From: Podarcis liolepis
Lineage: Eukaryota
Direction: 5' to 3' (one strand)
Assembly (NCBI GenBank): GCA_965112155.1
Contig: OZ218098.1
Length of the DNA stretch: 64,000 nucleotides
The translations under genes were made by a program, and so were the position numbers. Shown piece by piece: positions 52,913 through 64,000 of this stretch. How positions within the stretch are numbered: the first letter of the stretch is position 1; every line of letters begins with the position of its first letter. The notes beneath the pieces were generated by a model. That model searched no databases, had not been told where the DNA came from, and saw nothing but the letters and a program-made list of their open reading frames with translations.

Positions 52913-53093
52913 CTCGTTCTGATACTAGACCAGTTGGCAGCCATGAAATCCCACTTCCAGAAGTCTTTTTGTTCACTCAGACCCATCAGCCCTCCAAACA
53001 AGTACATGTTGTTGCCATGAACCACAGCTGAGTGGCCATGTCGAGGGCCTGGGCTACCACCGTAAGATACAGCTGGTGTCCACTGTTTTTCAT
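52913..53093 (-). CDS. kelch-repeat protein, coding exon 6
   Basis: ccag|NEKQWTPAVSYGGSPGPRHGHSAVVHGNNMYLFGGLMGLSEQKDFWKWDFMAANWSSIRT|gtaaaa. Confidence 0.92.
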
Positions 53094-54257
53094 CTGGAGG
53101 AAGAAGATTACAGTCCATTTCTGTTTCAACATAGGGGCAGGGAACCTTTTCCAACATCTACATTCCCTTCTGTGGCTTGCATGCCAGTGGGGTAGGACCA
53201 GAGACAAAAATCAACAGATGTGACTAAAGGCTGTGCACAGTTCCCCAGATCCAAATCATTTCAGGTGGTGAGCTGATGTTTAATAAGGGTTCGCAAAAAC
53301 CTAACTAAACATACGGTTGGGAGGGGAGCAGGGGAAGAAGTTGTGTCTTGTCCTCTTTCTCAGTGGGGAGCAGGAGGGTTTAATCCTGCAGAGTACTCCT
53401 TCACAAGTGCCTTTACCACAGGAATACAAAGTTAGATGTTTCTACATATCCACCATCCTCCTTCAAGGCATTCAAATGACATCCTGTTGCTGTTACACAT
53501 TCCAGACAGGCATAAGCATTTGAGGAGGGCATGCATGGAGCAGGGCTCTTAGAGGTGTGGCCTGGGAAGAGTCTAGAGGACCAGGTAAAGAGGCTTGAAA
53601 GGTCATATTTGGTCCATAAGCTTGAAGTTCCCCCATCCCTGGTTTAATTCAATACCCAGATAAACAGCTACAGAATTGCATTTTCATTCTCATTTTAGAT
53701 GTTTCAAAAGGGTTTTGTATCATAACCACCAGCCACTTCAGTAGGGATGGGGAGCAGGATCCAAAATAGCCCTACCCACTGCTGGCTACTTTGACAGAAC
53801 TGTCCACCTGCCAGTCACATGACATCAGGGGATTGAGTTTCAAAGGAAGAACCCAAAGTACACTCTTAAATTCAAGCTGTGGCTGCAAAGAATCAAAGGA
53901 AATTCTAGCTGTTTTCTTTCTAACTAATTGGGTGGTTGCTAAATTTAAAACACACACACACACACACACACAAAAATACCACTTTGACAGGTGGGTAGGG
54001 TGACAGAAAAAGTGCAAAATTCTACCAGCAGCTGGAAAGGAACAATTGGAAGTGTACATAGAGCGTACTACCAATTTTTCATTTTCAAGATGGCCGTGCA
54101 GATTTACCTGTCCCATGGCTGATGCCGTATGACACCAAGTGATGGCTACAATTTGGGCCAAATCACACCACAGCCCAAGGAGGATGCCCAATAAGCCTAA
54201 TAAGGACACAAGCCAGAGGTTCCTCACATGCCTACAGAGAAAGCTCAACTTACTTAC

Positions 54258-54378
54258 TTAGACATAAAGTCCAGAATTCTTGAGAAGCACCCTTAAGGTC
54301 AACGTATCCGCCATACATGTACATGATGCCTTTGTAGACGACTGCACTGTGGCCCTTCCGATTAACTGGAGCTGTTCC
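54258..54378 (-). CDS. kelch-repeat protein, coding exon 5
   Basis: gcag|GTAPVNRKGHSAVVYKGIMYMYGGYVDLKGASQEFWTLCL|gtaagt. Confidence 0.9.
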
Positions 54379-54532
54379 CTGCGGAGAGGATAGTAATGAA
54401 ACAACTACCATTAACAGTTGTTGCCATCACATCTATCCAAGCAGACCCCCCCCCCTTACTACTTCCACTTAAAAATGCATTCACACTGGCCTTGTAAAAC
54501 ACCAGTACCTGACACCTTTATGAACATCAGTA

Positions 54533-54763
54533 CAGTGGTACCTCAGGTTACAGATGCTTCAGGTTACAGACGCTTCAGGTTACAGCCTCCGCTAACCCAG
54601 AAATAGTACCTCAGGTTAAGAACTTTGCTTCAGGATGAGAACAGAAATCGCGCAGCAGCAGCGGGAGGCCCCATTAGCTAAAGTGGTGCTTCAGGTTAAG
54701 AACAGTTTCAGGTTAAGAACAGACCTCCAGAACAAATTACGTTCTTAACCCGAGGTACCACTG
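54533..54763. mobile_element. Tc1/mariner (Tigger-like) MITE
   Basis: TA-CAGTGGTACCTCAGGTTA...TAACCCGAGGTACCACTG. Confidence 0.88.
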
Positions 54764-55994
54764 AGCATTTCTGTTCATACAACCACTTGATGGGTATGGG
54801 ACGGGCTTGTTCTCAGTTGAAGGAGTAGAGAAAAGCAATGAACAGCTGTGAGAGTTACTGATATTCCACTGCACTGCAAAAGCAAGCATGGTGGTGCCTT
54901 TGGAAGGGGCATGCTATCCAAACTTTTCTAACCAGGAAGGCAGAGTTAGTTACATGGTCAATCTACTCCAGAATCACCTACTACTATAAAAATTAGGTAA
55001 CAGAAAATTCAAGTCCAGAATAAGCAGTAGGAGCACTTCTAATAATAAATAGCTAGTGCAATGAAGTACAAGAAATGTAGTGTGTCCATGCAGTGTTTCC
55101 ACCAGAAGAAACCACCCTAACTATAGAGAAGGGCATCATCTAGGAAAATAAACCCCTCTCAGAAAAGGATGGATTAGCAAATAGTTGACGGGGGGGGGGC
55201 CTGCAGGTTAAAACTGGCAATTACATCATAGTTGAGGCTGTGCCTCAGATAATTCACCAGAAGCAACGACCCTCAGAAACAGTTGCATGTTTCCTTCAGG
55301 TTTGTTTGAATAGTGAGTCTTCAAAGTGCTTTCCCCCTGAAAAAAGTGATAATACAGCACTGTTTGCAAAGTTGGTTAGGACCAAGTGTGTCTGATGGAG
55401 GATGAAAGCAGCCTGGAAGTTCTTTACAACATAGAAATAAAGCTCTGGTACAGTTTCACAGGAGAAAAAGTTGGAAAGGCAAGGCTGCCTCTGTTCACCC
55501 TTTGACTAAGCCCCTACTACTGCTGCTGCTTCGGAGGGAAGGTAGTTCAAAACTTGAAGGAACAAGTGCAGGCTGCCCCCACCACACAAGACCTTGATCC
55601 TTGATGTTAAGAGCTGCCTGAACCTAAGCTCTTGGTTGTGTGTGTGCTTGTCTTCATGAAGTGTGGCAGCCTACACTTCCCTAGTGCCCCATGCTTCCAA
55701 ATGGTATGCCTGGTTTTCACCAAAATATTCTTTAGTACCTATATACATGAAGAAACCCTGGTATTTATTAATGAAAAATTATATAGCTAACCTTTAACAT
55801 TATCTGGGCAGCTCACAATCTATAACTAATAAACCATAAGTAATTTGGTATAGAGAGCAGTTATAAATGTGCTACATATTATAAACAAAGAAATACTCAT
55901 GGATTGTGTCCAACTGTGTTGCTCAGCTGGCAGTAAAGTCAGTAGAATGGGGAAGGAAGCCATTTTCAGCTGTCCCCCGTCCCCCGCCCTAGTA

Positions 55995-56199
55995 CAGTGG
56001 TACCTTGGGTTAAGAACTTAATTCATTCTGGAGGTCTGTTCTTAACCTGAAACTGTTCTTAACCTGAGGTACCACTTTAGCTAATGGGGCCTGCCGCCGC
56101 GCCGCTGGAGCATTATTTCTGTTCTCATCCTGAAGCAAAGTTCTTAACCCGAGGTACTATTTCTGGGTTAGCGGAGTCTGAAGCGTCGAGCTACCACTG
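55995..56199. mobile_element. same MITE family as 54533-54763, opposite orientation
   Basis: TA TSD; CCACTTTAGCTAATGGGGCCT and ATTTCTGTTCTCATCCTGAAGCAAAGTTCTTAACC are reverse complements of the first copy. Confidence 0.88.
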
Positions 56200-56534
56200 T
56201 AATATGCTCCAGTGTGCTGGGGGACCCTTCAAAGCAGATTTTGAAGGGTGCCAGAGGCTGCTGGGGATGAAAGCTGCTGGAAATTGCTTCCCTCCAAAAT
56301 ATAAGATCCAAAAATATACATGCTGTATAGATTATTTAAGAATATAGAAGAAATGAGTATCCCTCCCCTTACAGTGAAAAAGTGATACCAACAGCATAAA
56401 ATTACTCTGCTGCTGCATTTCCCCGGATGAACTCTGGAACAGTTTTCAGAACATATTCCTAAGCAAGCTGTTGGATCAACAAAGCAACATGTTTCATGTA
56501 TGATTCACACATTTCTGTTTTCCAAATTTCTTAC

Positions 56535-56581
56535 TTCACTCTCCCCTGCTGTGAGTTGGCGCTCCATCCATTTAGCTGAAT
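56535..56581 (-). CDS. kelch-repeat protein, coding exon 4
   Basis: gcag|DSAKWMERQLTAGESE|gtaaga; phase 1/0 fits neighbours. Confidence 0.8.
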
Positions 56582-57193
56582 CTGCAGTTTCAATAAAATA
56601 TCAGTTACAATACTAACCACAAGAGGGTACTCCTGCTCTATTTGTAATGTCATGCAAGGCCCATTGAACTTTGGAGACGGGAACCAAGAAAGTTGTTCAG
56701 TTCTCCTTAACAGCAACTAAGGTAGCTTTCATCTGTCATAAATATTGCCCAAAAGTAGCATCTCAACAGTGTTTGTCAGAAGTGACACTGGCAAAAAATA
56801 AGAAGTACCCATGGCTCAGTGTTTTGCATATTTAATGCTACAGGTTCAATCCTAGGTATATTCAGGGGTTTTTTTTATTAAAATAAAAATCTGATATCAT
56901 GGCAAAAAGAGACTTAGGGGAGCCACTTTGAACCAGGATAGACAATATTGGATGGGACATACCACTGATCAGACTCAGCTTCCTGTGGTCAAAAAATACC
57001 ACCATATTTATTGTCCCCAATCCAAAAAGATGATGGATGTACTGTTGTTATGATGTTATAGTATTGGCTGGTAAGGCGTTGTGTCCCCACCCACCATCCT
57101 TGGGAATATGCAGAAGATCTCATCTTGCTTTCTCATGAGGCCTGGACCTAAGAAATACACTATAGCAAACATACACTATAGCATACACTATAG

Positions 57194-57680
57194 CAGTGTT
57201 TCCCAACCGGTGTTCCGCGGCACACTAGTGTGCCGTGAGACACCGGCTGGTGTGCCGTGGGAGGAAGGCGGGCGAGTCGGGCGGTGAGAGGCGGCGGCGG
57301 CGAGGATCCGCGTCGAGCCGGGGGCGGCTCCGCGGTGGTGGTGCCGAGCGGCGGGGCAGCGCGCACAAAAGGGAGGAGCGCGAGACAGCGGAGGAGGAGG
57401 AGGCCGGCATGTCCGGGCAGCAGCAGCAACAACAGCAGCAGCAACTCCCGCCGCCGCCCCCTCCTCCGCCCGCTATCGCCGCCGCCGCCTCAGCTGCCCT
57501 CGCTCTGCTGCCTCCTCCCTCCCCGGCAAGGGGGAGGGAAAAAACTTTCGCTTTTGTGCGTCCCTCCCGGCGTGACGCTGCGCGCTGACGTCACGGGGCG
57601 GGGCTTTAATGGTGGTGTGCCGCGAGATTTTTTTCCGGCTAACAGGTGTGCCGTTGCCCAAAAACGTTTGGGAAACACTG
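57194..57680. mobile_element. hAT-type non-autonomous element carrying a CpG-island-like cargo
   Basis: TIR CAGTGTTTCCCAA, perfect 8-bp TSD CACTATAG, subterminal GTGTGCCG repeats at both ends. Confidence 0.92.
57586..57603. promoter_or_regulatory. CRE (TGACGTCA) plus adjacent GC box inside the hAT cargo
   Basis: TGACGTCA 57586-57593, GGGGCGGGG 57595-57603, extra TGACG half-site at 57573. Confidence 0.5.
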
Positions 57681-58329
57681 CACTATAGCAAAAGAGCAGA
57701 CCCCTGGTTCTCAGCCACAAGCCAACTATAACTCTTCTGTAATGTTTGAAAGGTATTAGTATGCCACTAAATTGGCTTGAGGCTTCTGGCTGCAATTCAT
57801 AGTTCCCAGGAACTGAATCCCTGCCAACTATACAGAAAAGACATGATCAACAAATGGAAGAATGCTAGGACTGTCCTGGCCCTAATACTCAGTGTTCTGT
57901 CACAAATATATAGCTGAATTACTAAATTTGTGTTTAGTGAAACATTGATTCCAACACAAAGGTACTTAAGTGGATTTCTCAACCTCCTCCTACTCCTGTA
58001 CTTTTGCTGGGTAGTTTTGCTGTGAATAATCCTATAGTGAATGAGACACGGGGGAAGCTTCTTGTTAAATAGCGTGGTGTTTCTTTTTCTATAGATACGT
58101 TTACCTGAAATGTTAAAACATTCTATAGTTCAAATGGATTGACTATTGATCTTACTGGAACTTGACTGGAAATCTGATGCTTCAAGCAAGCTCAGGCAGA
58201 TATAATGGCAAACAAGGCATGCCAAAAGATTCTCACCTGTCTACTCCACCCAAACAGGCTGCCCTACCTACGTATTTATCAAATCTATATGCAATCCTGT
58301 TTAAAGATGTTGCTTGTCTAGTTCCATAC

Positions 58330-58408
58330 CAGTGTCATACATCCAAAGAGGATTCTTTCTCAGTGTGAAAGCAGAATCCACCATTCCACCAAAGATATAG
58401 AGGATACC
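58330..58408 (-). CDS. kelch-repeat protein, coding exon 3
   Basis: ttcag|GILYIFGGMVDSAFTLRKNPLWMYDT|gtatgg. Confidence 0.88.
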
Positions 58409-60333
58409 CTGAAAGTAAAATAATGATTTTCTTGTAAAACATACTTGTATCTTCCAAAGTCAAATGCAATCAAGTGAATTCATTGTAAATTTCAAATCAC
58501 AATCTAAGCTGCACTCCAGCAACAGACATATGGAAGGAGTAATGGTCCCATGCACCATGCTCTACACATACATACACCCACCCCCCCGCTCATGTTTCAT
58601 GGAGAGAGGCGCAGAATGGGCTGTGCCAACTTTTGTGATTGCAAGCACACTTAAATATTGAACACACAGAATTAAATCCAAAAGACTTGCTTACTAAGGC
58701 AGATCCCTATAGCCACTTCAGGTGGATAGTACTGTGGTCACAAACATTTATTACAATATTTGTTGACAATGAACCTTTCTGCAAGGTGTTAAAGCCTACA
58801 GCCGGAGTGGAGAACCCTTTTCAGCCCGAGGCCACATTCCCTTGTGAGCAGCTTTTGGGGACCATGTGCCAGTGGTGATGAGAGGGCAAAGCCAGTGGGG
58901 CAATGGATTTGACAGGAGGGCTACATTCCTGTAATGCAAAATGCCAGGCAAGCAAGAGGAATTATCACAGGGAAAAGAAAGACAGGGCACGTAGCAGTGC
59001 CAGTGAGGGGAGAGGCCTAAGAGAGCTTAAGTGCCCGATAGAGTTGCCCAAATGTGAGTTTCCTCATGCTTGGACTGTAGGAATGACAAAAATATTTTAA
59101 ATGCACTATTGTGGGGGTATCTAGAACGTCTACTGAACAAATAATAATTTTGAGGCACATCTTTTAAGGGGGCTGTGCAAATTGATTTGTGGGACATATG
59201 CTTGGGGCTGATTTGAAATGTTATGTTACCTCCACAGAGGCTGCAGAAACGCATCAGGTGTAACATTTAAAATGGGTAGTGTCAGCAGTTACAAAGATAA
59301 CTGAGGAACATGGCAGATGCTGCACGTACTAAGCTGACACACAAGATAAGATGTTTTTAAAGTGTATGCTTGCCAGCCAGAGCACCACATAGATGTGCTT
59401 TTTGACAGCTTTCGCATAGGCCAGCTGTAAGGTTTCTAATATTTAAATCAGCCCTAGTAGGTAAAAATAAATTGAATAACGTTATTGAAAGGAATGTCCT
59501 TCTACAGCTGACTGACTGTTTCATTGTCATTTCCTCTCAACGAAACAACCTTGTCACTAACAGAGAACAATATGCCAAAAAAAACACCTGCAAAAAAACC
59601 ATGGTACTCTGTTCCTTATTTCACCTAAAAGGAAAACAGCAAACCAAATGCTTGTTTCACCTTATTTCACCTAAAAGGAGAACAGCAAACTATCATCTTA
59701 CTCCAAGAATAACGCTACCCACTCACTAATTTAGTTAAAGAAAAACAACAACCATACATATGTTTGCAAGTGTGTGTTTGTTCAATCACACTTTGTATTT
59801 ATAGGTTTATGTCTCAAAAATGTGATCAGTGAAAGGAGGCCCACAAAGAACACAGTAGCTGAACCTCTCTAGGAAAGAAGGGCTATTCCCTCCCCTTCTA
59901 GAGTTCTTTCTGCTAACAACTGTCACCTGACCTATAGGAATACAAGTGTTACACATACCCAGCAGTTTCTCGGGGGGGGGGGGCTGGATATTTTTGCTGC
60001 TGCAGGAAGAAGAGAATAGAGATTCTTACCCTGAAGCAGAAGTCTGAGCCTACCAGGAAACTAAACTACAGAACAGCACCAGCCACACAGACTATAATGG
60101 GGAAATGACAGGTAGAATCTAGACACATATAAAAAACGCTGTGGAAATGCTTTTTTAAGAAGTGTTTTGAAAAATATATTGAATTTGCCATAAGCTCACC
60201 ATCTAGTGTCACATTTGTATAATGCACTTAAAATACAATTAAAACATTATATTTGCAGCTGTATAGCTGAGTCCACAGTAGCAAAGAAGAACTAGTTATT
60301 GTATTATACAGGACCAAATCAATTCAAACTTGC

Positions 60334-60413
60334 CTGATAATCCACCATTGTGTGCTCTTCCAGTTCTTCAGGGCCATCTTCTGAGTTTTCCAGTCTCTCC
60401 CATTCATTATTCT
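60334..60413 (-). CDS. kelch-repeat protein, coding exon 2 (GC donor)
   Basis: ctag|ENNEWERLENSEDGPEELEEHTMVDYQ|gcaagt. Confidence 0.82.
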
Positions 60414-61820
60414 CTAGAAATTGTTTTGATTAAGATTGTCAAGGTGTGAAAGGGACCCATGAAATCACCTAACCTGTCTTTCTCCCAACATGGAGCAGTT
60501 ACTTATATCAAGCTCTGTTAAAATTCCACAGAGATTAAGCAAGTAAAACATGGACTGTCATCCTCTGTGATGCATTGAAGTGGATACCTGTGGGTCCCTG
60601 TGTATTATAAAACAAGGCAAGAGCTTCAGCTCTATGGACAAGTTTCACAATGGCCAGTCTGCAGCGCTGGAAAATATTGGCTCCATCTGCTTGCACTAGT
60701 CTCCAACAAGACTTGTCTGTTAAAAAGGATGCATGTTATTGGACAAATGCAGTCTCGGTTTGCATTTTATTGAGCCTCTCTCAAACAGTTGCTGGCCATA
60801 GACAAAACACATAGCTGAGGCAGAAAATGCACATCAGAAATATGGGCTTCCACCAAAAACAGTCACCACTTACCAAGAGTTTCATCCTTTCCCTCCATAA
60901 CCATAGTTTAACTTGCTTAGCATGAGAATGCAGTGAGACTTCCTGCCCCTCCAGTGTCAGCTGATGTAGAACAGCAGCAAGGAAATGCATGTATTTTACT
61001 ATATGTTATAGAGGGAGCGTGGACTGGACATATGACATTTTGGCAGCAGCCCGATTTTTGATAATGTGTAATTAAACCCTGTATTTATCCCATGGCCTAG
61101 TACCCTGTGACTGGCCTATGATTAATATCCACAGATACACAGAACACAACAATGTTCTTTAGAATCCATTTTGGATAGTTGCCACTGAGAATTAAACCCC
61201 ACCTCCAAATTCACAAACTTTCAGATATAAACTCAGCATTCTCCTAGTTTCTGAAATGGTAATGACATAAAAGCTGTTGCGCTGGATCACACAAGAGAAA
61301 CAGCAATGGTTTCTGAACAGGTATGTTCACTTTTCCTTATCAACACAGGAAACCAAGGGTATGGTTTACCAGAAAAACAAAAACATTTGCCTGCAAGTGC
61401 CACAGGTAGTCATCATAATACTTCTACATTATTTTTATTTTCATATGTGGAAAAGGTTTGCATTAGCTTTCCGTAAAGGTGGGCTTGAATGAAGAATCCA
61501 CATAACAATCATTATTCTTATTGTTATTAGGGTGATAAAGTTTATTCATTAATCTTACTTTGCTTACTTGGATTGGGGAGGGGCAGGAATCTGCTATAGA
61601 AAGAATCTGGTGGAAATTTCATCAGGTTGTCAAGAAAAACAGGTTTGTGTGAATACAGCATGTAGATTTGGTTTAGTCAGTGGCATAATGATACATGTAA
61701 CTACAATATATGACATCTGAAGGCAGCTCTTTATAGCAAAGTTTTTAACGTTTGATGTTTTACTGTGTTTTTATAATTTGTTGGAGCAACCCAGTCAGTT
61801 GGGTAGGATACAAATAAAAA

Positions 61821-61850
<30 letters not shown>
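61821..61850. repeat. (GAT)n microsatellite just inside kelch intron 1
   Basis: direct inspection. Confidence 0.95.
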
Positions 61851-61852
<2 letters not shown>

Positions 61853-61871
61853 AGTGAACAGGAAAACTTAC

Positions 61872-62034
61872 CTATCTTGTATCGCCAGAAATCATTCAAG
61901 GTAGTATTTTGCCGTCCACCATAAACATAAAGGAACCCCCTGCAGATGCAGCAGGCATGCTTGAATCGGTCACATGGAGAAGATTTGCTCTGTGGTACTG
62001 GCTTCCATGAATACTCTGCTGTTTTTCTTTTCAT
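61872..62034 (-). CDS. kelch-repeat protein, coding exon 1
   Basis: ATG at 62034 (in-frame TAG upstream at 62088); MKRKTAEYSWKPVPQSKSSPCDRFKHACCICRGFLYVYGGRQNTTLNDFWRYKI|gtaagt; acceptor at 62091-62092 implies an upstream non-coding exon. Confidence 0.88.
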
Positions 62035-63314
62035 CCCTGGGTTAGCTGGAAGGCATACCCATGTCAAGAAGATTTCTCCACAGTCCTAACCTGAATACAG
62101 GAAGAGAAAGTCAAGAAAACAAAGATGGTTGATGGAACATACTAGAATGCTAGAACTTCCAGAAATGACCAAAATGTTGCTAGGTTCAAACTGGTTATCT
62201 AAGGGTTTTATGATATAAGTTAACTCATGCACCATGATGTACTGTGAGTCTCAGATCTGTAGACTTACACTGGCTTTACTGAAACTTCTCTCATTGATTA
62301 AATAAAATAAAACAACTCTGTCCAGGAGCCAAACATTAAAGACAGTTCTACAGCAATGGAAACAATTCTTATTTGAGCCTGCTGAAGTAGAGAAGTTACT
62401 ACAGAGAGACGTGCCTCCACAGATTTATTAATGTTTTGATGATGATTCTATTATTTGCAACAAAAGTACAAACTCAAAGAGGAAAATGGGTAATGTGACA
62501 AGAACAGCAGCACTCCAAAGTTTGTTAAATTTTATTATAGTTTATTGTGGTAACAAAAAAAAATATTTTATTTTTCAGAAAGAAAAAGAAATAGAGGAGA
62601 TTTTGACAGTGAAAGTTCAAAGTAGTAATCAAGAAATGTGTGAAAGGGGACTCAAAGAGGGAACAGAATTAAGAAATATTGAACAGACAAGGTGCAAGGA
62701 CAAGACAGTCCTAACCATATCTAACTCAGAAGTAAGTCCAACTGAATCAAATGGGGCTTACTTCCAGGTAAGCTGGGTCAGGACTGTATCCTAGATTAGG
62801 AGAGAAAGCACTTTGACTTAGTAGAGACAGAGCAGATAATTGAAGAAATATATAGTCAAGAAATAAATAGTTTGAATTCATCAAGAATTACTGGTACTAC
62901 TTTTCTGATTTGAAAAACAAACAAAACCTTACACTGTTTGCTCAAAGGATAATACACTGCACAAAATCATCCTGTAAAACCAGTTTTTGGCTTCCATTTT
63001 GGCAAAGCAACAGTGGCCAAGAATGTTCTAATCACATAAACCTTTGGATAATTTCAGGTTCTTTACTATAATAATTAGTCACTGTATGCTGGATCTCTTA
63101 CCATCCCCTGGGCACTGCAAGTTTGGCTATATACCTAGTCAAATGTGTTAACATGTGGTTAGGTTTGCTGCTCAAATTGGAATTGAAACTTCTAGTTAGT
63201 AGTCAAACTCTCTAGACATGCCATTTAACATGTCACCATTTTTAATGTGGCATCCATCCACAGTGGATTTCTTATGTTAGCATACACAAATAATCAGTAA
63301 GCATACTTTCCTTT

Positions 63315-63666
63315 GGGGACGCAGGTGGCGCTGTGGGTTAAACCACAGAGCCTAGGGCTTGCTGATCAGAAGGTTGGCAGTTCGAATCCCGGCGACGGGG
63401 TGAGCTCCCGTTGCTCAGTCCCTGCTCCTGCCAACCTAGCAGTTCGAAAGCACATCAAAGTGCAAGCAGATAAATAGGTACCGCTCTGGCGGGAAGGTAA
63501 ACGGTGTTTCCGTGCACTGCTCTGGTTCGCCAGAAGCAGCTTAGTCATGCTGGCCACATGACCTGGAAGCTGTACGCCGGCTCCCTCGGCCAATAAAGTG
63601 AGATGAGCGCCGCAACCCCAGAGTCGGTCACGACTGGACCTAATGGTCAGGGGTCCCTTTACCTTT
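63315..63666 (+). mobile_element. full-length Sauria SINE
   Basis: GGGGACGCAGGTGGCGCTGTGG head, B box GTTCGAATCC, ACCTTT tail, 12-bp TSD ATACTTTCCTTT. Confidence 0.95.
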
Positions 63667-64000
63667 ATACTTTCCTTTCTGAGAGAGTTGGCTCCTAGAA
63701 AGGTTTTGAACCACTTTGTGAAGTTTGCTGGGGCTGAGATCCCTTCATCGCCCACACCCCGCCAATACAATATTTGAAAGGGGGCCCAGGTTGATAGGCA
63801 TTGCCATTCAAATGGTGTGCATGTCTTGTGATCAGTTATGTAGGGTGGGGCTGCCCCCTTGTTAGATAATCCACTTGCTATGTTCAAGAAAAGAACACAT
63901 CCTTCCTTGCTAATTAGATACCTGCTAACAAATAAACTTTTGGCTTCTATAGGAATAGACCACAGCACAGTGGTACAGCACACACTTTGCATATAGAAGG

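Noticed and set aside
57235-57688. PolyQ/polyP ORF (MSGQQQQ...PPPP) as a resident gene
   Set aside because: Confined to the transposon cargo, open in many frames because of GC content, with no linked exons; treated as captured sequence.
63366-63992. 208-aa minus-strand ORF
   Set aside because: About half is antisense Sauria SINE (the same peptide appears at 39004-39216); no domain signal.
1-64000. CRISPR arrays, rRNA, genuine tRNA genes, autonomous transposase or RT ORFs
   Set aside because: None seen; the tRNA-like boxes all belong to SINE heads.

Overview
Vertebrate genomic DNA, almost certainly from a squamate and probably a lacertid lizard, judged by its Sauria/Squam-type SINEs, CR1 tail and hAT/Tc1-mariner MITEs. 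It holds two convergent spliced genes, which I assembled by hand from splice sites and phase continuity. (1) Plus strand: most of EPB41L5 (FERM + FA domain protein; its 5' exons lie upstream of the window). Fourteen shared exons (1530-20524) lead either to a short-isoform terminal exon (26306-26492, ends SVTDL) or to nine long-isoform exons (31083-45088, ends LTTEL). There is also a candidate extra in-frame 114-nt cassette exon (39614-39727). (2) Minus strand: a complete, intact 7-exon, 455-aa kelch-repeat gene (62034 to 50975) with a GC-AG intron and a sixth propeller blade split by a ~140-aa Ser/Glu-rich insert. I cannot match it to a named human gene at this locus. The most striking non-coding element is a 487-bp hAT-type element with a perfect 8-bp TSD in intron 3 of the kelch gene. 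Its interior looks like a captured CpG-island promoter/first exon (GC box, CRE, CAG/CCG repeats). Also present: a 660-bp solo LTR, SINEs with TSDs, an inverted MITE pair, a 62-bp perfect palindrome and a 50-bp minimal hAT. Comparisons with human sequences are from memory; no searches were run.
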